DNA from: Microcoleus sp. GA_180221_E-2-1-MAG-45_12
GTDB taxonomy: Bacteria; Cyanobacteriota; Cyanobacteriia; Cyanobacteriales; JAAUUE01
DNA length: 58,766 nt
NCBI GenBank assembly: GCA_020692245.1
Contig: JAIMKT010000018.1
Location: forward strand, 1-58,766
Direction of reading: 5' to 3'
This document shows positions 1 to 9,530 of the stretch, in pieces. Position 1 is the stretch's first letter. Every line of letters begins with the position of its first letter. The notes under the pieces are model-generated. The model was given only the letters and a program-made list of their open reading frames with translations, was not told the origin of the DNA and made no database searches. The position numbers and the translations under genes are program-made.

Positions 1-280
1 AACTCATCCTTAACTCTTTAGGACTACCTGATAGAGTAATGAAAATATTTTTGTTTGGGTAGTTGTTTTAATATCGCTACCCTATTTTTTTGTCTATTTT
101 GCTCTTCTTTCTCTTCTATACCTAGTTTTTATGCTCCTTGTCATCCCCTTGAGATTTTAAGCAATTCTAGTTGTTCTGAGAATGAGATCGATCGAGCCAG
201 ATTGATAGTTTCTTGTAGTTGTGATGTCATCTATACTGTGTTTTTATCAGGTAATTTTAGGCGATCTGGCGATCTTATTT

Positions 281-1930
281 TTAATCTTCAATCCTAAAAT
301 CTTTCATAAATTCAAACAATCTTGCAATTTCTCTTAGCTGTGATAAAACCTCATTTCTTCCACCACTTGCATCAAAATATAAAACTCCAGAGCCTTGCCT
401 CTCTAACTTAGTTGACTTGAAAGTTTTATTCGGCTTTGTACACTTTTTACTCAATTCTTGATGTGTATCAATAAACTCTAGAGATGATAGTCTTTGAATA
501 TCAAAATCAGAGCCTGTAATACGATCTCTAACTATATCTAAAATTTCATCAACTACAGTAGGTACATCTTTTGCTTCATAAACTGATCCATCAAGATAGA
601 ACCTTACTGGGGTTTTTTTCGTTGCTCTTGATCCTATTATTTTATCTGATTTGATAACATCATTTTCTTGAAGAGAACATCTATAATAAAGTTTTCCATC
701 AAGTACATCTGCTTGATCTAGAGACTCAATTATGCTGCCAGTTGCTTGACAGGTAGGGTTAGACTGAAACAATCTTTTTTTTAGATCAAGCTTTGCATAA
801 TATTTTTCTGAATTTTCCAATACATCTTTTAATCTGTTTTTCCAGATAATTACTCTTTCATTTATTTTAGAGCCTGTAGCCTTAGACATTGCATCGCTAA
901 AAATTAGATCGTAGCTAGACATATCCAAAAAAGTTTCATAAATAATTTCTGTTTTACCTCTAAGTTGACTGATGTCATAATCAACAAATCCTAACATTTG
1001 AACCTCAAAAACTGACTGGCTTAAGGTATTAACAAAAGATATTTGATCCTTTTTCCGAAGAAAATTTCTAAACTGATTGCCAGAGTAGACTATTTTAATC
1101 ATTTCAATTACTTTTTTAAATATCTCTTCTAAATCTTCTAAACTCCTAAACTTATCTGAATTTTTATCTCTCATATATCCATTAAGCGTTTCCGCACGAA
1201 TTTCTGGATATTTATTAGACTCACTATCAAAAAGCTCATACACACAAAAAAACCTTAAAACAAGCTCTACATCAAACATTCTATTTTTATCGGCTGTTCC
1301 TTCTTTTGGAGTCTTAAATTTAGAAAACGGTTCAAGAAGCTCTCTATAAGTAGTATTCCCGCTACAGCCAATTAGAAAATCGTTAAATATTCCGTGAAAC
1401 ATACAATTTCTTAATTCCTGCGGATTAAGAGAGACAGAACCTTGATTCAGTCTACCGAAGACTTCAAATTGTATTTCAGGATCAGTTCCACTTTGTATAA
1501 TGATGGTATCTATTTCTCTTTCCATAAACAAGTCACTAATGCTACTAGGAAGTTGTGAAAATTTTGCTTGATTAAGATCAGTAAGAGTTTCTAGATTTGC
1601 AAGTTTTAGTAGACCATTGACAAAGTTGGCAATAGTCGTAATTCGTTGTACTCCATCAATAACCTCGAATATAACTCGTCCAGTGTTGTCATTTTCGTCA
1701 TCTTTGATTTTTTCAAGCAAAAAAATAGCTGGAATAGGTATCTGTAAAAAAATTGATTCTATAAAGCGACATTGCTTGTCATTACTCCAAACAAAAGTTC
1801 TTTGGTACGAAGGTATAACAATTTTTGTCGTCTGAAAATCTCTAATTAGATCCCCAACTGATCTGGTGATTGTTTTCTTGACTACCTGAGCTTTTCTAAG
1901 GTTTGTTAAAAAATCATTTCCAATTGCCAC
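281..1930 (-). CDS. DUF262 (ParB/GmrSD N-terminal-like) domain protein with an unassigned C-terminal half
   Basis: 549-aa ORF. It carries the DUF262 signature motifs IPSYQRTFVW (QR motif) and DGVQRITT (DGxQR). No HNH/DUF1524 motif is recognisable in the C-terminal ~250 aa. The region is AT-rich and HIP1-free. Confidence 0.75.
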   Translation of the reverse strand: MAIGNDFLTNLRKAQVVKKTITRSVGDLIRDFQTTKIVIPSYQRTFVWSNDKQCRFIESIFLQIPIPAIFLLEKIKDDENDNTGRVIFEVIDGVQRITTIANFVNGLLKLANLETLTDLNQAKFSQLPSSISDLFMEREIDTIIIQSGTDPEIQFEVFGRLNQGSVSLNPQELRNCMFHGIFNDFLIGCSGNTTYRELLEPFSKFKTPKEGTADKNRMFDVELVLRFFCVYELFDSESNKYPEIRAETLNGYMRDKNSDKFRSLEDLEEIFKKVIEMIKIVYSGNQFRNFLRKKDQISFVNTLSQSVFEVQMLGFVDYDISQLRGKTEIIYETFLDMSSYDLIFSDAMSKATGSKINERVIIWKNRLKDVLENSEKYYAKLDLKKRLFQSNPTCQATGSIIESLDQADVLDGKLYYRCSLQENDVIKSDKIIGSRATKKTPVRFYLDGSVYEAKDVPTVVDEILDIVRDRITGSDFDIQRLSSLEFIDTHQELSKKCTKPNKTFKSTKLERQGSGVLYFDASGGRNEVLSQLREIARLFEFMKDFRIED

Positions 1931-2005
1931 AGCCTCATACTCCTTAAGATATACGATGATTAGCTTTTACATAACACTGCTTATCACTAATAATATTAAA
2001 TTATC

Positions 2006-2215
2006 TTATAATATATCTTCCTCTGTAAGCCTAGCGTCTTTAAGAATACTTTTTAAGGTTCCAGCAGGTAAGTCTCGATTACTATGTACAGGAATAGAAA
2101 GAATAACAACCTCTCCTAATTTTGCATAGATATGATGGCTACCAGTAATTCTTTTGAGTTTCCAGCCATGCCGCTCAACAATTTTGCATAGTGTTTTTCC
2201 AGAAACAGACTTCAT
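2006..2215 (-). CDS. hicA: HicA-family mRNA interferase toxin
   Basis: 69-aa ORF with the typical HicA layout (GWKLKRITGSHHIY). It overlaps the upstream hicB-like ORF by 4 nt. Confidence 0.8.
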   Translation of the reverse strand: MKSVSGKTLCKIVERHGWKLKRITGSHHIYAKLGEVVILSIPVHSNRDLPAGTLKSILKDARLTEEDIL

Positions 2216-2412
2216 AAAGATAATTCAATTAATTTTTTTTCAGGTGCAAGTTCTTGCTGTTGACTAGCGACTTCTAACCAACCCTGAACAGCCTCCTCAA
2301 GCATCTCTAACAACTGCTCATAACTCTCTCCCCAAGTATGACAACCCGGCAGAGCCGGAACAGAGCCACACCATACACCATCTTCTTGCCAGATAACTGC
2401 CTTAATTTTCAT
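2212..2412 (-). CDS. hicB: HicB-family (UPF0150) antitoxin, short form without a DNA-binding domain
   Basis: 66-aa ORF with a HicB-like N-terminal fold signature (WQEDGVWCGSVPALPGCHTWGES). It is translationally coupled to hicA. Confidence 0.7.
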   Translation of the reverse strand: MKIKAVIWQEDGVWCGSVPALPGCHTWGESYEQLLEMLEEAVQGWLEVASQQQELAPEKKLIELSL

Positions 2413-2586
2413 GACTGATAATTTAATATCTATTTGCTAAGTATCCTAACTCAATGTCGCCTAACAGTGAATTTGCTACTCTGGTTTTAATCCTAAAAAC
2501 TCGTAGATGCGTCCAGAGCGATCGCCTAATAGTTTCAAGCGATCGCATCTAACACAATAATTTCTAAATTTGGTACGGTAGGTAAA

Positions 2587-4011
2587 TTATTCTCCAAAAT
2601 GCCGGATGATGGCTTCGGCAAATTCTGAACATTTGAGGGCAGGCACAGGGGGTTCCATGAGTCTAGCGAGGTCGTAGGTGACTTCCTTATTGGCGATCGC
2701 CCCACTGACTCCTTTTTTAACCAAATCTGCAGCTTCCTGCCAGCCCATATATTCCAACATCATCACCCCAGAAAGAACCAGAGAACCGGGGTTGACTCGA
2801 TCGAGTCCAGCGTGTTTCGGAGCCGTGCCGTGGGTTGCTTCAAAAATAGCGCAGTTATCGCCAATATTTGCCCCCGGGCCCATACCAAGTCCACCGACGA
2901 TCGCCGCCGCTGCATCCGAGAGATAATCCCCATTCAAGTTCATGGTTGCCAAGATTGAATACTCATCGGGGCGAGTTTGAATCTGTTGGAAAATACTATC
3001 AGCGATGCGATCGTTCACCATGATCTTTTGCTTCCAAGCCTCATTACCGTGGGTTTCCCAAATTGTATCTAGCACTTCTTGGACTTCTTGACAAATTGTC
3101 GCCTGTTTTTCAGGAGTTAAGCCATCGTAGCCGGGATCAATTAACCGAGCATTTTCCTCTACGGTCAGATCAGTTTTGCTTTCCTTATTGCCTAAAATCC
3201 AAGATTCCCGCTCCGTTACACATTCAGCCCGAAACTCACTAGTCGCCAATTCATAACCCCAATCCCGAAAGGCTCCCTCGGTATATTTCATAATATTGCC
3301 CTTATGGACAAGGGTGACTTGTTGCTTGGCGGGAGGTAATCTTAGGGCGTGTTGGATGGCGCGGCGGACAAGGCGTTGAGAACCTGTTTTACTAATGGGC
3401 TTAATCCCAATACCCGAATCAAGGGGAATTTGTTTTTTGCCATGCTCTGGGGTGGCGGGGATTAATTCTTCGTTGAGGAGTTTGATTAACTTATCCCCAA
3501 TCTCGCTCCCTTGCCGCCATTCAATGCCGAGGTAAATATCCTCCGTATTTTCCCGGTAGATAATCACATCTAGCTTTTCTGGAGATTTGTGGGGGGAAGG
3601 AGTGCCGATGTAGTAACGGCAGGGACGGACGCAGGAGTAGAGGTCATGGATTTGGCGGAGGGCAACGTTGAGGGAGCGAATACCGCCACCGATCGGGGTA
3701 GTCAGGGGGCCTTTGATGGCTATGCCGTATTCTTTGATAGCTGTGAGGGTATCTTCAGGTAAGTATTGGTAGGTTCCGTACTGTTCACAGGCTTCATCTC
3801 CGGCATAGACCTTAAACCAAGAAATCTGGCGTTTGCCCCCGTAGGCTTTCTCAATGGCAGCATCCAATACTCTCTGGGTTGCCGGCCAAAGATCAATACC
3901 TGTGCCATCACCACGAATGAAGGGAATGATCGGATTATCAGGTACGATCGGATTGCCGTTAGTAAAGGTGACTCGATCGCCGCTAGTGGGGGGGGTAATT
4001 TTTTCGTACAT
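2587..4011 (-). CDS. icd: NADP-dependent isocitrate dehydrogenase
   Basis: 474-aa ORF with strongly conserved prokaryotic IDH blocks ([49 protein letters not shown]). Confidence 0.95.
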   Translation of the reverse strand: MYEKITPPTSGDRVTFTNGNPIVPDNPIIPFIRGDGTGIDLWPATQRVLDAAIEKAYGGKRQISWFKVYAGDEACEQYGTYQYLPEDTLTAIKEYGIAIKGPLTTPIGGGIRSLNVALRQIHDLYSCVRPCRYYIGTPSPHKSPEKLDVIIYRENTEDIYLGIEWRQGSEIGDKLIKLLNEELIPATPEHGKKQIPLDSGIGIKPISKTGSQRLVRRAIQHALRLPPAKQQVTLVHKGNIMKYTEGAFRDWGYELATSEFRAECVTERESWILGNKESKTDLTVEENARLIDPGYDGLTPEKQATICQEVQEVLDTIWETHGNEAWKQKIMVNDRIADSIFQQIQTRPDEYSILATMNLNGDYLSDAAAAIVGGLGMGPGANIGDNCAIFEATHGTAPKHAGLDRVNPGSLVLSGVMMLEYMGWQEAADLVKKGVSGAIANKEVTYDLARLMEPPVPALKCSEFAEAIIRHFGE

Positions 4012-4074
4012 TTTGCTGAGATTTTTTGATTTTGGATTATTGGGGATTATTTAATTTAAATTAGCTAGATTAGC

Positions 4075-4100
4075 CAGATTAACTAAGCAGATTAACTAAG
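4075..4100. repeat. 2 x 13-nt tandem repeat CAGATTAACTAAG in the divergent icd / nucleotidyltransferase promoter region
   Basis: This is an exact duplication read directly from the sequence. Confidence 0.75.
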
Positions 4101-4136
4101 CATAAGTAGCTAGGCATGAATAGCCAGAAATGAAAC

Positions 4137-4652
4137 ATGGATTATTATAGTTTGAATCAGTTAAAAGAAAGTATCGATCGTCACCCAGAGCAATGGCGAC
4201 CCCTCGTGTTTACCAATGGTTGTTTTGATCTACTCCATGTGGGGCATATTCGTTATTTGCAGGCAGCGAGGCAACTAGGACGAGCCTTAGTGGTTGGTTT
4301 GAATAGCGATCGATCGGTACAAATCATTAAGCCACCCCAGCCCGGTAAACCCCAGCGCCCGATTATACCCGAACTTCAGAGAGCCGAAATTCTTGCTGCC
4401 CTCAAACCTGTGGATGGGGTAGTTATTTTTACGGAACCAACGGCCGATCGTCTCTTGGCAACACTCCAGCCAGAAATTTATGCCAAAGGCGGCGACTATA
4501 CCGAAGATACTTTGCCGGAAACTCCCACGGTCAGGGCTTACGGTGGTAAGATTCAGTTGATTAAGATAGAAATTCCGACCTCTACCACGGGAATTATTGA
4601 AAAAATCCGTAATTCTGGGGATAACCATCCTGAGAAAAGTACGGGGAAATAG
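4137..4652 (+). CDS. Cytidylyl/adenylyltransferase family protein (RfaE domain II-like heptose-1-phosphate adenylyltransferase)
   Basis: 171-aa ORF with the nucleotidyltransferase HxGH motif in the context FTNGCFDLLHVGHIRYL. Confidence 0.8.
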   Translation: MDYYSLNQLKESIDRHPEQWRPLVFTNGCFDLLHVGHIRYLQAARQLGRALVVGLNSDRSVQIIKPPQPGKPQRPIIPELQRAEILAALKPVDGVVIFTEPTADRLLATLQPEIYAKGGDYTEDTLPETPTVRAYGGKIQLIKIEIPTSTTGIIEKIRNSGDNHPEKSTGK

Positions 4653-4705
4653 ATTTTAGTTTTTAATTTTTCTAACTTTTAATTTTTTTATTGTTGATAA
4701 TCTCT

Positions 4706-5440
4706 ATGAGTGACGTAAGTAGTAATAGGAACGATGCTATGCCTGAAGATCAACCGAACTTCGTGGATAGGTATAACCAGTTTGTCGCTGTCAATGAAAA
4801 GAAACAGATGCAGCTGGTTCCAGAATTGGTGGCTCAAGGCTCCGTGGGCTTAGAGATTCTCATGAAATTTCTCCATCAGGGCAAGGACAACCCCAAGGTT
4901 ATTCATGGTATGGTTTATCAAAGCCTTTTTGCCGTAGAAACACCGATCGTCCAAGATTTCTTAGCCGCTAATTTCTCTCAGGGGATTCTCTCCCTACGCT
5001 CAGACCAAGGAATTGATTATACTGAGTTGCAAAAGTTATTGGTGAAGCAAGAATATCTAGAGGCCGATCGCCTGACTATGCAAAAGCTCTGTGAAATTGC
5101 CGGGGCAGCAGCTACTAAAAGAAAATGGCTATATTTTAGTGAAGTGGAGAGTATTCCAGTTGTGGATTTGCAAACCATTAATAACTTGTGGCTGTTTAAT
5201 TCTCAGGGTAAATTTGGCTTTTCTGTGCAGCGAGAATTATGGTTGGCTCTTAATCAAGAATTTCCCAAACTTTGGGAAGCAATCAACTGGAAATCAGGGA
5301 ACAACTGGACAAGGTATCCTCAACAGTTTACTTGGAACCTCAGCGCACCCAAAGGGCATCTACCATTATCTAATCAATTGAGGGGAGTTCAGGTAATCAA
5401 AGCTATATTCGCTCATCCAGCTTGGCATCGAGAGAATTAG
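4706..5440 (+). CDS. gun4: GUN4 domain protein (Mg-chelatase regulator)
   Basis: C-terminal GUN4-domain blocks are present (WLYFSEVESIPVVDLQTINNLWLFNSQGKFGFSVQRELW). The ORF track starts at a TTG at 4691, but the ATG at 4706 is the more likely start. Confidence 0.8.
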   Translation: MSDVSSNRNDAMPEDQPNFVDRYNQFVAVNEKKQMQLVPELVAQGSVGLEILMKFLHQGKDNPKVIHGMVYQSLFAVETPIVQDFLAANFSQGILSLRSDQGIDYTELQKLLVKQEYLEADRLTMQKLCEIAGAAATKRKWLYFSEVESIPVVDLQTINNLWLFNSQGKFGFSVQRELWLALNQEFPKLWEAINWKSGNNWTRYPQQFTWNLSAPKGHLPLSNQLRGVQVIKAIFAHPAWHREN

Positions 5441-5536
5441 TTTGAAATTAGCTTGAAACTAGCTGAAAATTAGCTGGTAATCTACTAGAAATTATTTTCA
5501 GGGCTTAGACAAGATAGCGACATTTTCACTGTTGGC

Positions 5537-5594
5537 GAATTGTTAATGAATTGTTAGCGAATTGTTGGCGAATTGTTGGTGGGCATTGCCCACC
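5537..5594. repeat. 4 x 11-nt tandem repeat (GAATTGTTnnn) running into a 17-nt palindrome GGTGGGCATTGCCCACC
   Basis: Repeat units start at 5537, 5548, 5559 and 5570. The palindrome spans 5578-5594. Confidence 0.8.
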
Positions 5595-5970
5595 CTACCT
5601 ATGAATCTACGTGTCAGCTCTAATTTTGAAAATAAAGCTTGCAGAAAATAGCACTTGAACCAGTGACTTTGGCTGACAACTTTCGGGGGTATCTATCGGT
5701 AAGAGTCAAGAATAGGATTAGAGATTAAAGCTAGTTAATTCTAGTTAGAACTAATTGACGCTAATCAATACTAATTAATTCTTAGCTCTACAAAATATTC
5801 TATTAGTTGCTGTTATTAACTAGGTATTAGTAGTGAAGGTTATTTGATGAATTGCAAGAAATAAATTATTAAATGATTGCTATTAATCCATTTTTTGCTA
5901 AGTCTTGATTAAGCCTTTACTAAGAAATAAAAAAATACGGCAACTAAAAATAACTACTAGATATTACCGA

Positions 5971-7896
5971 ATGATTAACTCAGATATCACTAATATTCTC
6001 TACTGCCGATTAGATGGCTTGACTGCCCTAGAACGGGAACAGGTTAGGTATCAATCCTTGAATAAGTTGGGATTAATAAATTCTCATGATTCCCTCGCAA
6101 TCTTAGAAGAAGCTACCCAAAGTAGTAGTAATTTTCTCGAAACCCCGATCGCACTCCTAAGTATTTTTGTAGATAGTCAACAATTAATTAAATCGGTGGT
6201 GGGCTTAAATAACTTGGGTTTTAATCACGAACTGGTGGTGAAAAAACAAATTCCCCCTTCAGAATCTTTTTGTATCCATGTGGTAGATAGTCTCACGGCT
6301 CTCGCGATCGACAATACTCTCCAAGACCCCTTCTTTTGTCAAAGTTTGTTGACCCAACACTGTGGAGTTCGATCGTATCTGGGAATTCCCTTGATTACCA
6401 CCACTGGAGAATGTATTGGCACGTTGGCAGTGATGGATTTACAACCCCGGAAGTTTGCCACCAAGGATTTACAATTTTTAGGAATTCTTGCCCGACTGAC
6501 CATGACTCAATTGGAAAACCAAGGAGCTAATGTCTCAACACCATTTCTGCAACAACTTAATCCCCTTAATTCTCTTCAGCAAAATAATCAATCTCTTCAA
6601 CTCGATCAACTGAATCAACTCGATCGATTAACTAGTGCAGTTACTGAAGCTACTCGAAGTGTAATTACTGAGGCTACCCGAAATCTAGTCACGGATACCT
6701 CTCAAAGTATGCTTACTGAAACTACTGCAAATACGGTTACTAAGGCTACTCAAGGGGTGGTTACAGAGGCTACTCGAAATGAAGAAATCAAAGCTCCAGT
6801 TAAGCTCAAACTTTTGGCAAAACTCATCGAAGAACTAAGGACTCCCCTCACGGCGGTCATGGGAATGACGGGAATTTTGCAACAGCAAATATACGGTTTG
6901 TTGACCCTCAAGCAGCAGGAATACCTAGAGGTAATTCACCAGAGCGGACAGAGAATGCTCACAAGAATTGAAGAAATTCTGGCTCTAGATATTGCCGATG
7001 ATAATTCTCAGCAAATGAATCTGACCATGGTTGATATGGAAATGCTGTGTCAGCAGGTAATTAATACACTCCAAGGGGTGATGCAAGACCGGAAGCAGAA
7101 AATTTACCTAGAGATTCAAGAGGGCAGTCGGTTGTGGGTGCTCGATCGCCTCAAGGTGCGACAAATGCTCTATTACTTGGTAGCAGTTATGATAGATACT
7201 CTGCCCATTGGGAGTCAGATAAAAATCATGGTTGACCAGATAGTTGATCAACAGGAGGATTATTTGTGTATTCGGATAGTTGCGACTCAAGTAGGCAGAA
7301 GATTGGTAGAAACCAAGTCTCGATCGACTGGCTATCATCAAAAATCCCTTGTCCAAAACTTTACTACTTCCTCTGATAATCCTTCCATTAATTCCGCTAA
7401 TTCCGCCAAATACGCTAAGACCTCTAGTTCTAGTCCCTCAGATAAATCTGCTGGCGATTCTCGAAGTAATTCTTTCCTTGATTTGGCTAGCCATTTTGAC
7501 CATAACTCTGCAAATAACTCTGCAAATAACCCTACTGGTGAATCCACCCTTGGGAATAAATTGCAACTAATTGTCGGTGGGATGGGTGATATGGCTGTAG
7601 CTAGTGATCCTTATCGAGATGATGGGGCTGTGAGTATTGCTGTAAGTGGGATGGCAGGTGGTGTAGAAGATGATCCGGAGCAGAGATACAGCAGAGCATC
7701 TGTGGCGACAGAATTACCTTTTGGAGTCTCAATATCAGACTATCTAGGCAACCCTCAAAACTTAGAGGCAGAGTCATGGCATCGTTTGGGGTTATTACTG
7801 AGTTGCTATTTAGCCGAGATTCATAATGGTAAGATACTGATGCAAGGCAGCAAGGAATCGGGCTATGGCTACGTGATGACCCTGCCCCAGTCCTAG
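5971..7896 (+). CDS. GAF domain protein with a degenerate histidine-kinase core (pseudo-kinase)
   Basis: It has an N-terminal GAF domain and a HisKA-like helix reading IEELRTPLTAV, with Glu where the phospho-acceptor His of HELRTPL sits. No N-box or G1 box is recognisable, and a long Ser/Asn-rich insertion is present. The ATG at 5971 is preferred over the TTG at 5905. Confidence 0.75.
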   Translation: MINSDITNILYCRLDGLTALEREQVRYQSLNKLGLINSHDSLAILEEATQSSSNFLETPIALLSIFVDSQQLIKSVVGLNNLGFNHELVVKKQIPPSESFCIHVVDSLTALAIDNTLQDPFFCQSLLTQHCGVRSYLGIPLITTTGECIGTLAVMDLQPRKFATKDLQFLGILARLTMTQLENQGANVSTPFLQQLNPLNSLQQNNQSLQLDQLNQLDRLTSAVTEATRSVITEATRNLVTDTSQSMLTETTANTVTKATQGVVTEATRNEEIKAPVKLKLLAKLIEELRTPLTAVMGMTGILQQQIYGLLTLKQQEYLEVIHQSGQRMLTRIEEILALDIADDNSQQMNLTMVDMEMLCQQVINTLQGVMQDRKQKIYLEIQEGSRLWVLDRLKVRQMLYYLVAVMIDTLPIGSQIKIMVDQIVDQQEDYLCIRIVATQVGRRLVETKSRSTGYHQKSLVQNFTTSSDNPSINSANSAKYAKTSSSSPSDKSAGDSRSNSFLDLASHFDHNSANNSANNPTGESTLGNKLQLIVGGMGDMAVASDPYRDDGAVSIAVSGMAGGVEDDPEQRYSRASVATELPFGVSISDYLGNPQNLEAESWHRLGLLLSCYLAEIHNGKILMQGSKESGYGYVMTLPQS

Positions 7897-7971
7897 CTTA
7901 ATTAGGGATTAGTTTTAGATAATTGGCTGGGGATAGTTAAGTTGAATAGTTAATTAAGGATTGTTTAGAGT

Positions 7972-9384
7972 ATGCATTCTATCTGGCAACAATTTACGCT
8001 CTCGCAAATTCAGGTACGGCAGTGGCGGGGGAGCAGCTATGTATATCATTTGGTAGGATTGCTGCGATCGTGGCGAAAAACCAGTTGGCTGCTGCCTTGG
8101 GGTGAAGCGATCGGGGCGTTGCTGGTGGCGATTACCCTCGGATTAGCTCCCTTTGTTTCCACAACTTTAATTGGAGTTTTGGGGGTAGCGATCGCCCTCT
8201 GGTGGGTACTTTTGACCCTTGCAGATGAACCAGAGGCAACCCCAGCCGGAGTAAGTAGTGCCACGCCCATCCATTTAGCTCTCCTGCTCTATTGGTTTAT
8301 CTCTCTCTTTGCCACAGCCCTCTCCCCGGTGAAAATGGCAGCCTTAATTGGTCTATCTCGGCTAACTTTGTATTTAATGACTTTTTTGTTGATGGCAAGG
8401 GTGATGCGATCGAGCCGCCTGCGTAATGCCATTATTAGTGTTTATCTGCATACTTCCCTCATCGTCAGCGTCTACGGAATCCAGCAATGGAAATCTGGGG
8501 TCAAACCTCTTGCTACTTGGGTAGATGCCAATTCTTCCCTAAGGGATGTGACTAGGGTTTATAGCTATCTGGGCAACCCCAATCTGTTAGCCGCCTATCT
8601 CGTCCCGGCGATCGCCCTGAGCCTAGGAGCTATCTTTGCTTGGAAGGGTTGGATTCCCAAACTCCTTGCAGTAACTATATTTCTAGTCAATTCTGCCTGC
8701 TTATTTTATACCTATAGTCGGGGTGGTTGGCTGGGCTTTGCCGTGTGTATCTTTACCTTCGTAATTTTATTAGGGTTTTGGTATAGCGAGAAACTCCCAC
8801 AACGTTGGCGGAAACTTGCCATTCCGGTCATTTTGGGTAGTACGGGTTTTATATTTTTAAGCGCAGTTTTGGGTGTGCCGACTTTGCGCGATCGCTTTTT
8901 GAGTACGTTCCTCGGCAGACAAGATAGCAGCAATAACTTTCGGTTAAACGTCTGGAGTTCTGTGATTAACATGATCCAAGACCGACCAATCCTAGGAATT
9001 GGGCCTGGAAATAATGCCTTTAATGCGGTCTATCCCCTCTACCAAAGAACTCGTTTCACCGCCCTGAGTGCCTACTCCATTGTCCTAGAAATTGCCGTAG
9101 AGACTGGGTTTATCGGGCTAGCCTGTTTCCTGTGGTTTTTGATTATTACTTGGAATCAAGCCGCCCAAAGATTGAGCCAGTTTAGGTCTAACCTCAATAG
9201 CCATGGTTTTTGGTTAATGGGCGCGATCGCTGGCACCACAGGCATGTTAGCCCACGGATTAGTAGACACGGTGTGGTATCGTCCCCAAGTTATTCTCCTC
9301 TGGTGGCTCCTCGTTGGCATCATCACCAGCTATTACCTCTGGATTCCTACCCCCAAGGAAGACCCTGAAACTATCGAAAATTAG
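7972..9384 (+). CDS. ictB: O-antigen ligase-like polytopic membrane protein, IctB family
   Basis: 470-aa multi-TM ORF. It is collinear with my recollection of Synechococcus IctB (blocks VYSYLGNPNLLAAYLVP, YTYSRGGWLG, RFTALSAYS). Confidence 0.8.
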   Translation: MHSIWQQFTLSQIQVRQWRGSSYVYHLVGLLRSWRKTSWLLPWGEAIGALLVAITLGLAPFVSTTLIGVLGVAIALWWVLLTLADEPEATPAGVSSATPIHLALLLYWFISLFATALSPVKMAALIGLSRLTLYLMTFLLMARVMRSSRLRNAIISVYLHTSLIVSVYGIQQWKSGVKPLATWVDANSSLRDVTRVYSYLGNPNLLAAYLVPAIALSLGAIFAWKGWIPKLLAVTIFLVNSACLFYTYSRGGWLGFAVCIFTFVILLGFWYSEKLPQRWRKLAIPVILGSTGFIFLSAVLGVPTLRDRFLSTFLGRQDSSNNFRLNVWSSVINMIQDRPILGIGPGNNAFNAVYPLYQRTRFTALSAYSIVLEIAVETGFIGLACFLWFLIITWNQAAQRLSQFRSNLNSHGFWLMGAIAGTTGMLAHGLVDTVWYRPQVILLWWLLVGIITSYYLWIPTPKEDPETIEN

Positions 9385-9409
9385 CCGATAATTTAGAGTA
9401 CGCCCTCAT

Positions 9410-9427
9410 GGCGCAAAGCCTTGCGCC
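9410..9427 (+). terminator. Hairpin GGCGCAA-agcc-TTGCGCC 26 nt after the ictB-like stop
   Basis: It has a 7-bp GC-rich stem but no clear U-tract. It resembles a small palindromic element common in cyanobacterial intergenic DNA. Confidence 0.35.
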
Positions 9428-9530
9428 CCTACAATTGACCGTAATTTACCAGATTAAGAAACGCTATATTGATATTCTTACCACTTTGAAGAAACAGGGA
9501 TTCCTAGCAAGTTAACAGGAGTCAACAATT

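Noticed and set aside
55-297. 80-aa plus-strand ORF at the left edge, and short minus-strand ORFs in 1-280 (for example MTSQLQETINLARSISFSEQLELLKISRG).
   Set aside because: These are Cys/Phe/Ser-rich or very short translations in AT-rich DNA. They have no motif, no convincing ribosome-binding site, and nothing to distinguish them from chance.
4012-4136. An NtcA binding site (GTA-N8-TAC) upstream of icd, expected from other cyanobacteria.
   Set aside because: The closest match in the spacer is GTAgctaggcaTGA, which lacks the TAC half-site. No canonical site is present, so none is reported.
5537-5580. Tandem repeat tracts (also 4075-4100, 24282-24320, 24689-24713) considered as possible CRISPR arrays.
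   Set aside because: The units are only 10-13 nt, directly abutting without spacers, and no cas genes are present. These are simple tandem repeats.
5905-5970. Non-ATG (TTG/GTG) starts used by the ORF track (5905, 4691, 13114, 15725, 18970, 57005) as true N-terminal extensions.
   Set aside because: In each case a nearby in-frame ATG begins at or just before the conserved part of the protein, and the extension encodes non-conserved, basic or hydrophobic junk. ATG starts are preferred but unproven.
9470-9512. Motifs cttaccactttgaagaaacagggattcctagc here and ctcctacagctaaagccagtggattttac at 13570-13598, which vaguely resemble IS200/IS605-type element ends or guide-RNA scaffolds.
   Set aside because: There is no adjacent tnpA or tnpB, no convincing hairpin, and the two sequences do not align well with each other.
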